This document shows, piece by piece, positions 1 to 13,132 of a DNA stretch of 64,000 nt. The notes under the pieces are model-generated. The model was not told the origin of the DNA, searched no databases, and saw only the letters and a program-made list of their open reading frames with translations. Both the position numbers and the translations under genes were made by a program. How positions within the stretch are numbered: position 1 is the stretch's first letter; every line of letters begins with the position of its first letter. Source of the DNA: Tubiluchus corallicola (Eukaryota > Animalia > Priapulida); NCBI GenBank assembly GCA_030141605.1, contig JAQGDQ010000102.1, positions 372,961-436,960 on the forward strand, written 5' to 3'.

Positions 1-1472
1 GATTGTAATCTTAGCTTTTTTGTGTTTCTGCTTATTTTCTTTATCCAAATGTTTGTATATATTGTACTGATTCTTGTATATATGTCTACAGATGTTTATG
101 TTTGTGTACTTACATGTATTTATTTTTTTAATTTTAAGTCACTGAAACCACCAATCAAGGCTTTGGTGTAAATGAGCTTCGCTCAATCAAGTTATCCTGA
201 ATAAATATCTTTTCTTACCTTATTTTGAAAATATATCTATTATTATTTATTACATTAAATCACTATTTATTATAGACTATTTCTGTGTAGAATATTCTGC
301 CACCAGGATTAGTATGTAAATTAACCTTAATGATAAAAGTGTCTGCAGCAAATAACCACAGATATGCATATGCATGTCCCCTTTTTGTGCTCATATATAG
401 TCATCGCTGACTTATAAAAGTAAAATTATATCAATAGCCAAAACATTGCTACTAACTTACTAGTAATGTAGCATTTTAAAAATGTCTAATGTCTGTATCC
501 AACCGTCTTTGGCATGCATGATTTTTATATAAATGATGGGCTGATGTCTTATATAACTGTTAGTTTATATGAGTCAGCAAAAGCATGTACAGTGCTGCAG
601 CATAGACTCAGCATTAACACTTAAACAGTGCCCTTAAAAGTGCCTATAACAGTTCTAACACACGCCCCACGTCCAAAATCCTGATCCCTATTTATGGGTT
701 ACCAGCTGCTTTTGATGTTAAACTGATAGTTTTAAATGCACTGCATCACACTCCACACCATTATCGTAACGTTTTCAAAACGTCCGAAGTGCAGACGTCT
801 AAAAATTAGTGAGTAAAGTGTTAAAGTGTTTCTAGTTTATCTGTTAAATTCATATACAAATTGAATAAAAATTCTCGCCCTTATGGCATTGTTTTAAAAA
901 AGGGCTTACTTTTTGTATCCACCCTGTATATGCCATTTAAAAGTGTCTAAGGAGTAAATTCCAAACGTCTGTGTCTATAAATCTTAAACAAGGCTAAACC
1001 TTGTTTTCCTAATCATAGGTGAATAGTTGAATGGTTACCGTGTGTACTTGGAGATTGAAGTTAAGCAATACTCGGTCTGGTAGTGAATTAATGGACCTCC
1101 ACGTTCAGTAATCGTACAGGTGACTTATCGATCAAACTGAGTTGAACTGGCATGAGTGTTCAAGAAAATTATATATAAACATCCAATCTTAGCTGTCATT
1201 TTTCTTGTCAGGTCCCTTATTAGAGAAAACCTTAGCCTCAATTTTTAAATAATAAATAAACAAGAACAAATAATAATAATAAGCCTCATTAAAATAGACT
1301 GAACTGCAGCCGCCATTAATTACTGCTGACTGCCATTCTAGTAGGCTACCCAATACTCATCTGTACCAAGTGCAGAAAACGTCAGCACCACCTGTTGCCA
1401 GTTTTGCCGTTTGCCGCTTGCATGCGAATATACCTTTACGCCAAGCGATCAATTTACCATTTTACTTCGCAG

Positions 1473-1647
1473 GTGAAGGTGCTATACGTGAGAAATTTGA
1501 TGCTTTCCACGACCGAAGAAACGATCCGCGAGCGATTCAACGAAGTCCGAGATGGAGCGGTGGAAAGAGTTAAAAAGATGCGAGATTTCGCTTTTGTGCA
1601 TTTCACCACCCGGGATGATGCAATCCACGCAATGGAAATGCTTGACG
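1473..1647 (+). CDS. A1CF: A1CF/RBM47-family RNA-binding protein, internal exon encoding most of RRM3 (gene starts upstream of window)
   Basis: tcgcAG|GTG...GAC G|GTagat; translates [58 protein letters not shown], with RNP2 (LYVRNL) and RNP1 (RDFAFVHF) of hnRNP R/Q-A1CF-RBM47 RRM3. Paralog assignment (A1CF vs RBM47/RBM46) is uncertain. Confidence 0.92.
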
Positions 1648-1706
1648 GTAGATCTTTATAGAGCAAAGCCTTTATATATTTGTTTGCTCATCTATTTCAC
1701 AAAACC

Positions 1707-2010
1707 ATTTATTTATTTATTCATTCATTCGTTTACTCATTCTTTTATTCATTCGTTCATTCATTTATGCACTCATTCTTATATTCATTAAATCAAACAT
1801 TTATTCAATGATTAATAGATTTATTCATTCATTTATTCGTTCATTCATTCGTTAATTCATTTACTCTTTCATTCTTTCAATCACTCATTCATTTAGTCAT
1901 TCATTCGTTCTTTCATTCATTCATTCATCCAGCCATTCATTAAAACATTGATTCAGTAATTCATTCATTTGATCTATCATATGTTCATTCATTCATTCAT
2001 TCATTTATTT
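1707..2010. repeat. Degenerate (ATTC)n microsatellite
   Basis: Repeated tcat/attc tetramers. Confidence 0.9.
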
Positions 2011-4026
2011 ATTTAAAATTTATCTCAGCACATTAACGCTCGATGTTAGCTAGAATGTCAAACATAAAATATTTGTTTGCTTTTAGAAAATGCTACTGTG
2101 TATCGAGATTTTAGACTGATTTAGTGAGAAAATTATGAGTGTCGCTTGTAAATTTCTTGCTCTATGAAAAAGTGTGTGTCTAAGTAAAGCCAGTGTCAGA
2201 GGACCTATGCTGTAATTTGCTTCCCGAACACCTTAGTCCTAATCTGAAGCAAGATACAGTGCCCAGTGTACATTCCTGGGCAATCAGAAAATTAAGTCGT
2301 CTAGTTTCTGGACAAGCTGGTGCCACAGACAAACTACATAACGATAAAAAGACGATGCATAAACAACATCGTCATCATCATCATCGTCGTCGTCGTCATC
2401 ATCATCGTTGTCATCGTCATCATAATCGTATGCCCGTTATGTTTATTGTAGACATTGGGTAAGCAGAATCCTAAATTATAAGAAACACGTCTTCTACAGG
2501 TCAGTAATCCAGCAAAACAAACAATGCAAGTGCTTCTCAGCACCACTTTCGAGCAATAAATCAACAAAAATTTGCAACTGCCAGGACAAACTCATACTGG
2601 CGTTGAATTGTCAAACCTTTGCTGGCGTTAAATTAAAGTTTTTCACCGTTTAATAAGACTTGAATTTAAAAAATAAAAAATTTTGTTGACCTTTTTCACT
2701 AAATGCGATAGTGAATTGCAGCCAGACTAGGTCGTATATTAACTGCAATAATTAGTGGAACTAACTTTCTCTATTGTAATAGACTGCGTTAATTTAGTGT
2801 TATTAAATTAGCAGTGTCTGTAAAATGAATAATCTTTAGAATGCTGGTGATGAATGATAATAAATTAGTTCAGTGATTTTAATTTTTTCGAAAGTAGATA
2901 TGGGTGGATAGCTGCAGAGATAAAATTTAAAATTTTTATTCGAAATTGAATACGTTAAAAAATTAACGCTGCTCCAATTAGATCCCACTGCAGCTTTTAT
3001 GAAACTTTTATAAATATGAATGTTGAATGCCACGCAATGTTAAAATAATTCGTAATTTAATATAAGCTAAGTATTATTATTCATTTTCATCCATTGCTCT
3101 TACGCTCCTTTGTATCAAATATATGCATGTGTTAGTCAACAATCAAATTTAGGTGGAGGAAGCTCTGAAAAATTATACTCAACCAGGATTCGAACCCAGA
3201 GCCTTGTAGTTTCGCCGTTGTATTTACTAAAAAGTTCAAAAAGTAGCCGGCTAATTTGAAACTTATTCGATCTTGAAAAATTTTGAAAAATGGAAACGCC
3301 GCTGCACTTAGACAGGACAAATGCAACAACATGAATTTGTACATGATGTTACTAATAGCCTAATTTTTAGCAATTTTGCTATTCAGTGTGGATCAAGCGA
3401 TAAATTTGTAATCTTATTTAAATGTGACCTTTAGACTTTAATTTCCCAACATTATGTGTAAATATGGTGTTTTATATATGTTTGGAAACACATGTAAGAT
3501 ACGCTTATTATACAGGCGTATTTAAAATTGCGTATTTGTTTAAAATTTATTTAAAGTTGTTTATGTTGAACGCTGTGCTATATACTGCGCCTTGCATAAT
3601 GTACACAGTTGAAGAGTAAATAAAATAAACTTACAGTAAACATTACTTCATTTCATTAACTCATGCAAATGAATTTTTCATAGATTATTTTTATTAAGGT
3701 AGTACCAGTACACTGTAGAACGTTGTCCCATATGCGATACGGCGTGTAGATTATCTGATATCAAACCGTGAGAACTTTATAAAAAAAACTTCCCTATCTT
3801 TCTTGCATGACCTAGTATAGAGCGACGTAAATTCCCCCGGCTGAGTACACAGTCAGCGGTAACTTGACTTATCTGATCTTATCATAATCAGCAGTTATAG
3901 TGAGTCAGTCGTGACAAAACTAAAGATTTATGATCCGGTTTCTGCTAAGTGGTAATTTTTTGTGACAGACGGTCTGGAATTCGTTACCGACATCACAAAT
4001 GCAAAGCAGCGCTTTATCGATGTTCT

Positions 4027-4210
4027 AAATTAAATTAAACTAAATTAGATTTAAACTAAATTAAATTGAACTAATTTAAAATAAATTAAATTAAACTAAT
4101 TTAAATTAAATTGAACTAATTGAAACTAAATTAAATTGAACTAAGTTAAACTAAATTAAATTAAACTAATTTAAACTAAACTAAATTAAACTAGACTAAA
4201 CTAAATTAAA
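4027..4210. repeat. (AAATT/AAACT)n pentanucleotide repeat
   Basis: Visible pentamer periodicity. Confidence 0.9.
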
Positions 4211-4402
4211 TCAATATTGTATATTATAATGACCGGTTTTGGATATTCGACACTCGAATATGATGATTTTCATTCCAATCGTGATTCTTATCCCATGCCT
4301 TGCTAGACGATAAGCAAGAGAACAAGCAAGCGAGAGGTTTTTATTAGTGTAACTCTTTTTGCGGGTGTGCAAGAAATCATTTCTAACTAATTCATTCACA
4401 AA

Positions 4403-5422
4403 TGAGATAGAGAGAGGGGGGAGAAAGAGAGAGTAGAGCAGAATGAGCAGAGTTGAGTAGAGTAAAGTAGAATAGAACAGAATGAATAGAGAGTAGAGAA
4501 GAGTTGGGTAGAGCTGAGCAGAGTTGAGCAGAATAGAATAAAGTAGAGTAATTAGTAGAGTAGAACAGAATAGAATAGAACAGAGCAGAGTTGAGCAGAA
4601 TAGAATAGAACAGAGTAGAGTAGCTAGTAGAGCAGAGCAGAGTTGAGTAGAATAGAATAAAGTAGAGTGGTTAGTAGAGTAGAGCAGAATAGAATAGAAC
4701 AGAGAGGAGTAGAATAGAATAGAATAGAGTTGCTAGTAGAGCAGAGCAGAGTAGAATAGAATAGAATAGAGTAGCTAGTAGAGCAGAGCAGAGTAGAATA
4801 GAACAGAGAGGAGTAGAATAGAATAGAGTAGAGTGGTTAGTAGAGTAGAGCAGAGTAGAATAGAACAGAGAGGAGTAGAATAGAATAGAATAGAGTAGCT
4901 AGTAGAGCAGAGCAGAGTAGAATAGAATAGAATAGAGTAGCTAGTAGAGCAGAGCAGAGTAGAATAGAACAGAGTAGAATAAAACAGAGAGGAGTAGAAT
5001 GGAATAGAATAGAGTAGCTAGTAGAGCAGAGCAGAGTAGAATAGACCAGAGAGGAGTAGAACAGAGAGGAGTAGAATAGAATAAAGTAGAGTGGTTAGTA
5101 GAACAGAGCAGAGTAGAACAGAATAGAACAGAGTAGAGTAGCTAGTAGAGCAGAGCAGAGCAGAGCAAAGTAGAATTGAGCAGAGTAGAGTAGAACAGAG
5201 AGGAGTAGAGTAAAGTATATTAGAGCATTGTACAATAGAGAAGCTAGTAGAGTACAGTAGAGTAGGGTAGGGTAAGGTAGGGTAGAATAGAGTAGCGTAG
5301 AGTATAAAGTAGAGTAGAGTACAGTAGAGTAGAGTAGAATAGAATAGAATAAAGTAGGGTAGAGCAAAGCAGAAGAGAATAGATGAGCTAGTAGAGTGTA
5401 GTAGAGTAGAATAGTGTAGAAT
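4403..5422. repeat. About 1-kb purine-rich pentamer satellite (AGAGT/AGAAT/AGAGC) with higher-order units
   Basis: Pentamer array with recurring GTAGCTAGTAGAGCAGAGCAGAG and ACAGAGAGGAGT landmarks. Confidence 0.92.
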
Positions 5423-5544
5423 ATTCTGCATATTAACTGAGCAACGCGAAGAAAAACGTACATAGGATAACGTGGGACTGACTATTTTAAATGCAGTAAG
5501 GTTATTTCCATGTACCTAGAATTTATATTTCCACGTTTTCACAG

Positions 5545-5725
5545 GCACTATACTGGACAAGTCAAAAATTGAAGTAACTCTGGCAAAACCACCAGACAAG
5601 AGTTGGAGTAATTTCTACGGTTATCAGCGACCAGGACTTCAGCAGTACTCACCCACCGCCTACGTGTATGACCCATATTATCCACCAGGGTACATGAATA
5701 TGTGCCCGCCCCCTACTGCAGCGGG
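5545..5725 (+). CDS. A1CF: A1CF/RBM47-like exon: end of RRM3 and Tyr/Pro-rich linker
   Basis: ttttcacAG|GC...GCG GG|GTAAG; phase-compatible; GTILDKSKIEVTLAKPPDKSWSNFYGYQRPGLQQYSPTAYVYDPYYPPGYMNMCPPPTAAG. IEVTLAKP is the family RRM3 C-terminal signature. Confidence 0.9.
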
Positions 5726-5821
5726 GTAAGTTGAACTTGGAATAGACGTACTTATAGGGACTAGTGTTGCTTGAGCTTGGGCTTTTTAAATTGATTATTG
5801 ATAATTTTTTTGGATGTGTCT

Positions 5822-6279
5822 TAGGGTTGCCACACGTCCCTTATATACGGGACATGTGACTTTGATAATTTTGTCCCCTGTCCTATACTGACTTTTCAGG
5901 CACTCCCAAATGTCCCGTTTTCATTTTCAAATTCGTGATAAAAATGTATTTTTACTACCTTTTTACGGTTGTTAGTAGTAACTTTATGAAAAATTTTATT
6001 TTATTTTCTCAGATTCTTTTGATGAAAATAAACCAATTGTACCAATTAAATAATAATAATATTTCTCTGTTGTCTTTATTAAATAATTTTCAAATGATTT
6101 TACTTTTGTTCTCCATAAAACCAATTAAATTCTTTGCTTTATGTTTTCAACTTATGTTTCTACTGTTATGTAATATATTGGTCTGGGTACGTAGGCATGT
6201 ATAAATTCATGTGTATAAATATAAATAAATATAGAAATCTATTTATATATAAATAAATAATATATATATAAATATAAAT

Positions 6280-6323
<44 letters not shown>

Positions 6324-6390
6324 AGATAGAAAAGAGATTTCAAGAGTGTCCCATATGTGATATGTCTAATTTTCTTATCTGGCAACCCTA
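5822..6390. mobile_element. Non-autonomous hAT (Blackjack-like) element
   Basis: TIRs TAGGGTTGCCA / TGGCAACCCTA; subterminal GTCCC...GGGAC; 8-bp flanks atgtgtct/atctatct (6/8). Confidence 0.75.
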
Positions 6391-6887
6391 ATCTATCTAG
6401 ACAATAGAATTTGTTTGCAAATTGATAAATTAATTTGTAGTGTGATGAAAGATAACCGACGAACGAAGACAAAGCACTTTAAAAGACATGCAATTCTTGA
6501 CCTGTTTTTCTGCCATTGTCATAAAAAGTTGAGATTATTTTGACCTTTCATTATATCCTGTAGAATAAGTTAACATGCGTCTCTAAGATAGTTTTGGCTG
6601 TAAACAGTGGTTTCTTTTTGGATTGGAGTGTTAATGGTGCAGTTATGCATTTCATTATTTAGCGTCTGTTTGATGTATGTGTACATCGAATCATCGATAT
6701 TATCCATTCAGTGCCCATTATCCATCACTATGGCAAGAATTATATGATTTATGTTGTATATTGCACATCAGTTAGAAAGATGAGACTTTGAAACGATCAT
6801 CTGCCCTTTGATAAAAAACCATGTTAAGAATGAGACGGAATGCTGCAGTAAAGCTTGTTCTTTTTCACAGTATTTGCGCATTTCTGC

Positions 6888-7025
6888 TTCAAAAGCGCAA
6901 AATGTGAATTCAAAAGTGCAAAATTTAAGTTCAAAAGTGCATCATATGAATTCAAAAGCGCAGAATGAGAATTCAAAACTGCAGAATGAGAATTCAAAAC
7001 TGCAAAATGTGAATTCAAAAGTGCA
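6888..7025. repeat. 21-bp minisatellite (TTCAAAAGTGCAAAATGTGAA), about 6.5 units
   Basis: Direct tandem units. Confidence 0.9.
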
Positions 7026-7096
7026 GCTTGTGTATATATGTATATCTCTGTGTTTGTGTGTGTAAATTGAACAATTTATTTTGAATAAGACTTATA

Positions 7097-7246
<150 letters not shown>

Positions 7247-7941
7247 CCTACCTCCCTCTTCTCTTTTTCTCTCCTCTTTTTCTCTCCTTCTTTTCCTCTG
7301 TTTCTCTATCTCTTTTTCTCATCACTTTATAGCTTTCCCCACCGCTGATTCTCTTGATAGTCTTTCACTTACGATGAACAACTGATAGAGCCCATGCGTC
7401 ATGTAATACTTACCGTAATTAAAACTTTTGTAGCGCAAGTAATTTGTTTACAGGTAAATTTAGAGTACCCCTAGGGCAACATTTTTCATGCCTCACAACC
7501 ATCTTAATATAATAAATACTGGATCTCCTAGCAGTACAACTACTCACCCTTGGAATTAAAACCATTAAGCTTGTCTTATTTTTACTGAATGTGTTGTTGT
7601 AGATTTTGTAGAATTTGTAGATCTTGGCCAGAGTTTAAAGAGTCCTAAACCAACAAAAATGACGAAATCCGACTTGAGAAAGAACAGTTTTCGTTTATCT
7701 TACTAAACACTTCAGAAGACAGAATAATTCGTTTACTAGTCCAAAACTAAACTGTAGTAAGGACAATGTTATAGCTCACTTTACACTAATTCTAGACGCA
7801 GCACATTTTGCTCTACACGGTCTCTTTTCTCTCTTCTGTACCTTCCTCCTAATTTTGGGATGCCTGAACTGTTTTTTGTTCCAGCTTCTTTGCATGGGTA
7901 ATCCTAGGAAGTTATTACAGAAAGCTCTAGGTCATAACATT

Positions 7942-8007
7942 TTACAATAAATAGAGCCTAGTGCTGACTACAAGTTACAATAAATAGAGCCTAGTGCTGA
8001 CTACAAG
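7942..8007. repeat. Perfect 33-bp tandem duplication
   Basis: ttacaataaatagagcctagtgctgactacaag x2. Confidence 0.9.
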
Positions 8008-8349
8008 TTTACCAGAAGTAAGGAAATGACTTAGGGTTAACTACTCGGCCTGCACTTCTGCAACTTGCAAACCCCCCACTGCCACGTTTTTCTGGCACTG
8101 GCATGCAACATGCTTAGCACAGTTGCAAAAGTGGGAATAGCCAAGTGGTCACGAGTCTGCTTGACATTTAAAGTTAAGTAACACTAAGCCTGGTTAGTAA
8201 ATGGGTGAGTGGGATGAATGGGTCTGATTTCGGCTACGTATTTCAGGAGGAGTACCTTTGCTAAGAAAAAGATAAAAATTTACGATTTATGTGGTGATCG
8301 AAAATGATTACTCTGATTTTTGACTGCTTAAAAGGTGCACTTGTTTCAG

Positions 8350-8512
8350 AAGAGGTGGTATACCACCCCCAGGGCGAGGTAGTCCGCCATTACCACTGAG
8401 GGGTGCCTTAAGAGGTCGAGCTACCCGGGGTGCAGCCGGACTTCGTGGGGGCGGAAGAGCTTATGTGCCTCTTGGAAAAGGTGCTTATCAAGCACAGAAA
8501 CATCCCACAGAG
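8350..8512 (+). CDS. A1CF: A1CF/RBM47-like exon: RG/RGG-rich auxiliary region
   Basis: ttgtttcAG|A...GAG|GTttgt; phase 2 in, phase 0 out; RGGIPPPGRGSPPLPLRGALRGRATRGAAGLRGGGRAYVPLGKGAYQAQKHPTE, similar to the RGRGAAG tract of the family. Confidence 0.85.
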
Positions 8513-8587
8513 GTTTGTACAGCTTATAAACTTATACAGCTCTATTTTGGCACCCAATAACTGCCTTCGTCACAAAGTTTCATTGAA

Positions 8588-8860
8588 ATCTATTAGATAG
8601 TTACGAAATAGACTTACTGCCATAACAGACAAAAAACAAACAAACAAACTGTGTTGAAGCATAACTTCCTTGGCAGTAATAAAAATAACTAAAATAATTA
8701 CCCCCCACCGTAATCCTAATCCTAAACTCGTATTTTATTGAGTGTGACATTTCTTCCTGTGCTATTTCTACCATGCCATTTTTGCCTGTACACATTTTAC
8801 CTACTTTTCCATTTATGCCATTTTCTCCTGTGTTATTCTTTCCTATGCCATTTTTACCTA
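8588..8860 (-). repeat. Interspersed repeat, inverted copy of 10040-10234
   Basis: caaacaaactgtgttgaagcataac...aaaaataactaaaataatta reverse-complements taattattttagttattttt...gttatgcttcagcacagtttgtttg. Confidence 0.8.
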
Positions 8861-9080
8861 CATTCGATCCCTATTAATAATCAATACACGCAGTTAAAAT
8901 AAAAAACAACTTTTTATACGTACTAATTAACTGTACTTTGAAAAGGATTTGTTACATCTTCTATGAATTTTATTTTCTTTGAAATGCCAGTTCTTGAAAA
9001 TAATTTTTTGGGAAATCTTTCGTGGGAATTTTTTCTGGAAAGTAAGCTTTTGTGGTAAAAAATTCTAGGAAACTTGCGCT

Positions 9081-9190
9081 ATGTGTCTAAATGTCCTTGT
9101 GTCCAAATGTTGTTGTGTCCAAATGTCCTATGTGTCCAAATGTCCTATGTATCCAAATGTCCTAGTGTTCATATGTCTTTGTGTCCAAAT
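9081..9190. repeat. 15-16-bp tandem repeat (TGTGTCCAAATGTCCT)
   Basis: About 7 direct units. Confidence 0.85.
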
Positions 9191-10039
9191 CTCTGCACAC
9201 CCCGAGGATGCCCATAATTTCACTAGCCCAAAAGTCATAATGTTGCCCTACCTGTGACATTTTTTAATCTGGGTTTGTTTTCTTTCCTGTTCCATTTCTT
9301 CTCCCTACGTTCGCCATGGCCGCGTTAATTGTTATGCGTGGCAGATATAGAGAAAATTTGAGTTAATAATGTTTAGGACACTCTATAATCATGAATGGTT
9401 AACCTGTCTGGGGCGGTAACTCGAAAATTTCTGTGAAAAGCGAATCGAAAAGGTAGCCGCCCGCCAAAGGTCGCAAACATAAAAGGGCCGCCAAACTTTT
9501 TGCGGCAAAGCAGCGGTACCGACCCGACAAGCGATTGTTCGTGGGAGTCTCGAAGGTGATGTACAGTGGGCGATGTCAGTCTATGCATTAACCTGCTTGT
9601 GGTTTTACAGTGCCTGGCATTCCCGTGATGTCTCTTCTAAATTGTTCACGACAAGCATTAATACTCCTTAAAGGACAAAGTGTTGTGTTACTTTCCTTTA
9701 TATTATGACTTTTAAATCTATAACTTTCAAATGCACGAAGTTGCATAATTTCTGATGCTAATAAACGTATTTTAGTAATTTTAGTATAATGTATGGTAGC
9801 CTTTGTTAGTCATACGTCCTACAAAAATGAAGACGAAGCATTAACCAAGAAGTACTACGGCTGTTGTCCTTGGGCATATGACGGTAAGGAAGCCCTGTAG
9901 TTGGTTCTTTACTCCGGTTTGTGACAAGGTGCCCACCCTACATTTCTGTGGACGTCTTGCACGAAAGGCCATCATGTACGAAAACACGAAAAGGCGAAAA
10001 ATGTGTCCGCGAGTAATGGGAGAGGGGGGAAGGAGGTAA

Positions 10040-10385
10040 AGATGGCACAAGAAAAAATAGCATAGGAAAAATGGCACGCTTAGTAAAATATGTGCTTAGG
10101 GTTAGGGTTACACATGGGACGATAATTATTTTAGTTATTTTTACATCTGGCAATGACGTTATGCTTCAGCACAGTTTGTTTGTTTGTCTGTTTGTTTAGT
10201 TGTAAGCCTACTACGCAAAAATTATCTAGTAAATATGTCTAAGAAATTTTGTAAAGAAATGCGGGTGTGGGGTGGCAAAAATGGGATCTTTTTGCCGTTT
10301 TTTTCCGAACACCACGTACAAAAAACATTCGTGAAGCACTTCGTAGATCCGAGGTCTCAGAGGGAATATTCAGTGCTTCTTTTTT
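10040..10385 (+). repeat. Interspersed repeat (possibly Helentron/HINE-like non-autonomous element)
   Basis: GTTATG..(TGTT/TGTC)n microsatellite core, TTAGGG motifs, inverted partner at 8588-8860. Family assignment is a guess. Confidence 0.55.
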
Positions 10386-11061
10386 ATCTCCACCTGGTCA
10401 AACAACTACGAGTTAGTTCCACTTCTATTTTGAGTAATGTTTGTAGCTTTAAAAGGTAACTTGTTAGTATATGTTTGTCAGTCTATCACCAACGCCAGAA
10501 TTGGTGGTGAAAAAGATAGATAAATTCCACGTGGAACATTCGTACATTATTGATTATAAACCCGTTTAAAGAATAAATAGTTTGTGAGTCTTTTGCTAGT
10601 CTATACAATACCAATACAGGTACATTTTTGTACGTTTGCTTGTTAATTTTTTGAATCAAAAGAAGCAGACGAATAAGATTAGGATTGTTCGTCTTTGGCA
10701 GAGATCTGCTTCCCAAATCAGTTGCATCAAAATAACATATTTTTTTCAGTGCCACTTTTACCGTGCCATTTTTTTCCTGTTTCATTTTTACCTACTTTTC
10801 CATCTGTGCCATTTTTACCTTGCACCATTTTGCACGTTTTCATCTTCTCGGTTGGTGCTGACTGTAGAACAATAATTATTCCAGACATTTTGCAGCTGTG
10901 CTGCGTTTCTAGGTTAAGTATCAAAATTTCTCTTCCTCAAATCCTAGTTCAAAAGTTTTCAGCCGATGTTTACTAATCGCCGCTTGATATAATGTATTTA
11001 ACTTTGATATTTGCCGACAGTTCATTTTAGAATAAATATACCGGGCGCGTTTGCTTGGTAC

Positions 11062-11563
11062 AATTCTGGCTAGGAAAAGTCACTACTTTTTTCGGCTACG
11101 GTTAGGGTTAGGGTTATTTCTTTTTTCCTGTGACTTTTTTACCTTTATTTAGGGTCACTTATGTAAGGAGTGTAACCCGTGTGCTTTCTGCGTCGGTTAA
11201 ATAACTGACACATTGATGACATTCGTTCATTTTACAAAACCTAAGTGTTGTTTATTCAGTTTTGTTTTAATATATTGTAAAAATGTTATTTTCGTGTCGT
11301 GGCATAAATGAGTTAAGTTTATGAATGATTGCAGACGATTTAGACAATGCAAGTACATATAGGTACTAAAATCGTTATAAACTTTAACAATTGTTTTGAG
11401 TTCTAGTTGTAATAGATAAGGTTTGGTGGATACTTCCAATCCATGTAAAAAAGTTAGAGGTAAAAATAATCCTAACACTAACGCTAACCCTAACATCAAC
11501 CTTGACCCTTACCCTAGCCAAAATTAATTGTCTTTCCTGTGATTATTTTTCCTAGCCAGAATT
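11062..11563. mobile_element. MITE-like fold-back element with TTAGGG subterminal motifs
   Basis: TIRs AATTCTGGCTAGGAAAA / TTTTCCTAGCCAGAATT; GTTAGGGTTAGGGTTA near the left end and TAACCCTAAC near the right end. Confidence 0.7.
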
Positions 11564-12567
11564 AATTGTATCTTTCTTTCCGTGACTTTTTTGCTGTATC
11601 TTTATTATCGGTCACCGTTAGTTCATAGCACTGGCATGATGTTTTGACTACCATATGTATACCTACGTGTTCTTGGCCAATCAATCCTACATGTGTGCCA
11701 GTGTGTGCCGGTTCAACTTTCCACATTTTATAATAATACTGCTTTCTTAAAGGAAGCGACAATTATAAGTCACTTAGCATGCTGATTTTACTATCGCTTA
11801 AATTTAGAAAAATATAATAAAGAAATTTGAAAGAAACTGTCTATATAGCATAAACTTAATTTATACTACCGCTGTAAAAAACAGTTTCATGCGCGGTGAT
11901 AGCCGTGATTCACGTAAAAATTAGGGCAGAACTGGTGGACGTCGTGACTTTTCGTAAGCGCATCGTGGCTTTCCGTAACCGAGCCCTGCTTAAACTAATT
12001 CAAACTTCTGCAGCTTCCCTAATGTTCGTGCAAAAATGACACAAAATTGGCTGTGTAATTTTTTGTAAACATTTATTATGCCTTTTGACAATGCGCTGCT
12101 TTTCTTCAGTCAACGAGCCGAGTGTCCTTTATAAAAAAAACTCAAGTTTTTTGAAGTGCACATTGGCAGAGGAACAACCCTGCTTTTAGTAACTGGTACA
12201 GGCTACTGTAAGCACTTCGGAGGAGGTCCCTGTGTTTAAAAAAGGAACGATAATGTTATGAGTTGGAGTTGGTTACAAAATTACATTGAACAAACGGAGA
12301 TGCATTTACGATATCATTCCTTTTTTATTATCCGTGAATGAAAAACAACAGAAATGAGACATCAGAAATTTCCACCTCTTTAACAACTAACTAACTAGGT
12401 CAAGATGAAGTTACACAATTCAGGTGAGGAGCCAGCCTGGCCCTTAAATTAGAATCGGCAGGCGGGTCATAACAACAGTGCGAAAGCCCAGATTTATTCT
12501 ACTTGGAATCAACTGTTCCCAGTATTCATCATGCAGTGCTTTACTTGCTTAATCGAAAGCAATCCTT

Positions 12568-12832
12568 AATAATAATAATAATAATAATAATCTATATTTA
12601 AAGTCGGCTTTTGGGTCAACAATTAACATTAGCTCAAAGAGCTATTATCGCCGACTGTAAATAACAACCTACAACTACATAACAGAGACTATTATTACCC
12701 CACTTTTACCCTAAATACCACGCGTCAGGCAGGGCAACTGCAGGTACCATTTTTAAAGTCTTTGGTATGACCCGGCCGCTGGTTCGAGCTCACGACCTCC
12801 CAGACGGAAAGCAGACGTATTACCACTAGACT
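12568..12832 (-). mobile_element. tRNA-derived SINE (core resembles MetaSINE domain)
   Basis: Minus strand: A-box remnant TCTAGTGGT, B-box-like GAGCTCGAACC, core GGTCATACCAAAGACTTTAAAAATGGTACC, (ATT)n tail; flanking direct repeat aatcctt at 12561 and 12833. Confidence 0.8.
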
Positions 12833-13132
12833 AATCCTTGAAGCAACAAACATAGCTTCCTGCCTGACATTTCCTCAATTCATATACAACATCCGGAGCA
12901 CCTAATTCCCAAGTGTCATATTCAGTGAAAAATGCACTCACTTTACCTGTCACTCATGTTTCGCATGTCGAAGGCCCAAGATACTAGTTTTTTTGGAAAC
13001 TGTTATACATGCTTATTTACATTTAGTTTTTCTTTTTTGTTTGGTTCTAACATGATATTATAGCATGTTTTGTTTTCATAAGAGAATTTTTGTTATGACT
13101 AACTGCATGATTGTGTGCATGGTTGTATTTAG

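Noticed and set aside
2193-2462. His-rich ORF with strong downstream donor GG|GTAAGC (possible poison exon)
   Set aside because: The His/Arg tract is a (CAT/CGT)n microsatellite and there is no convincing acceptor.
3170-3225. tRNA gene (GGGTTCGAATCC on minus strand); similar B-box at about 42778
   Set aside because: No cloverleaf; isolated B-box, probably SINE remnants.
5018-5463. Long Leu/Tyr/Ser ORFs in the ORF track
   Set aside because: Translations of the pentamer satellite.
10095-11500. Interstitial telomere (TTAGGG)
   Set aside because: Only 2-3 units at a time, embedded in transposon subtermini.
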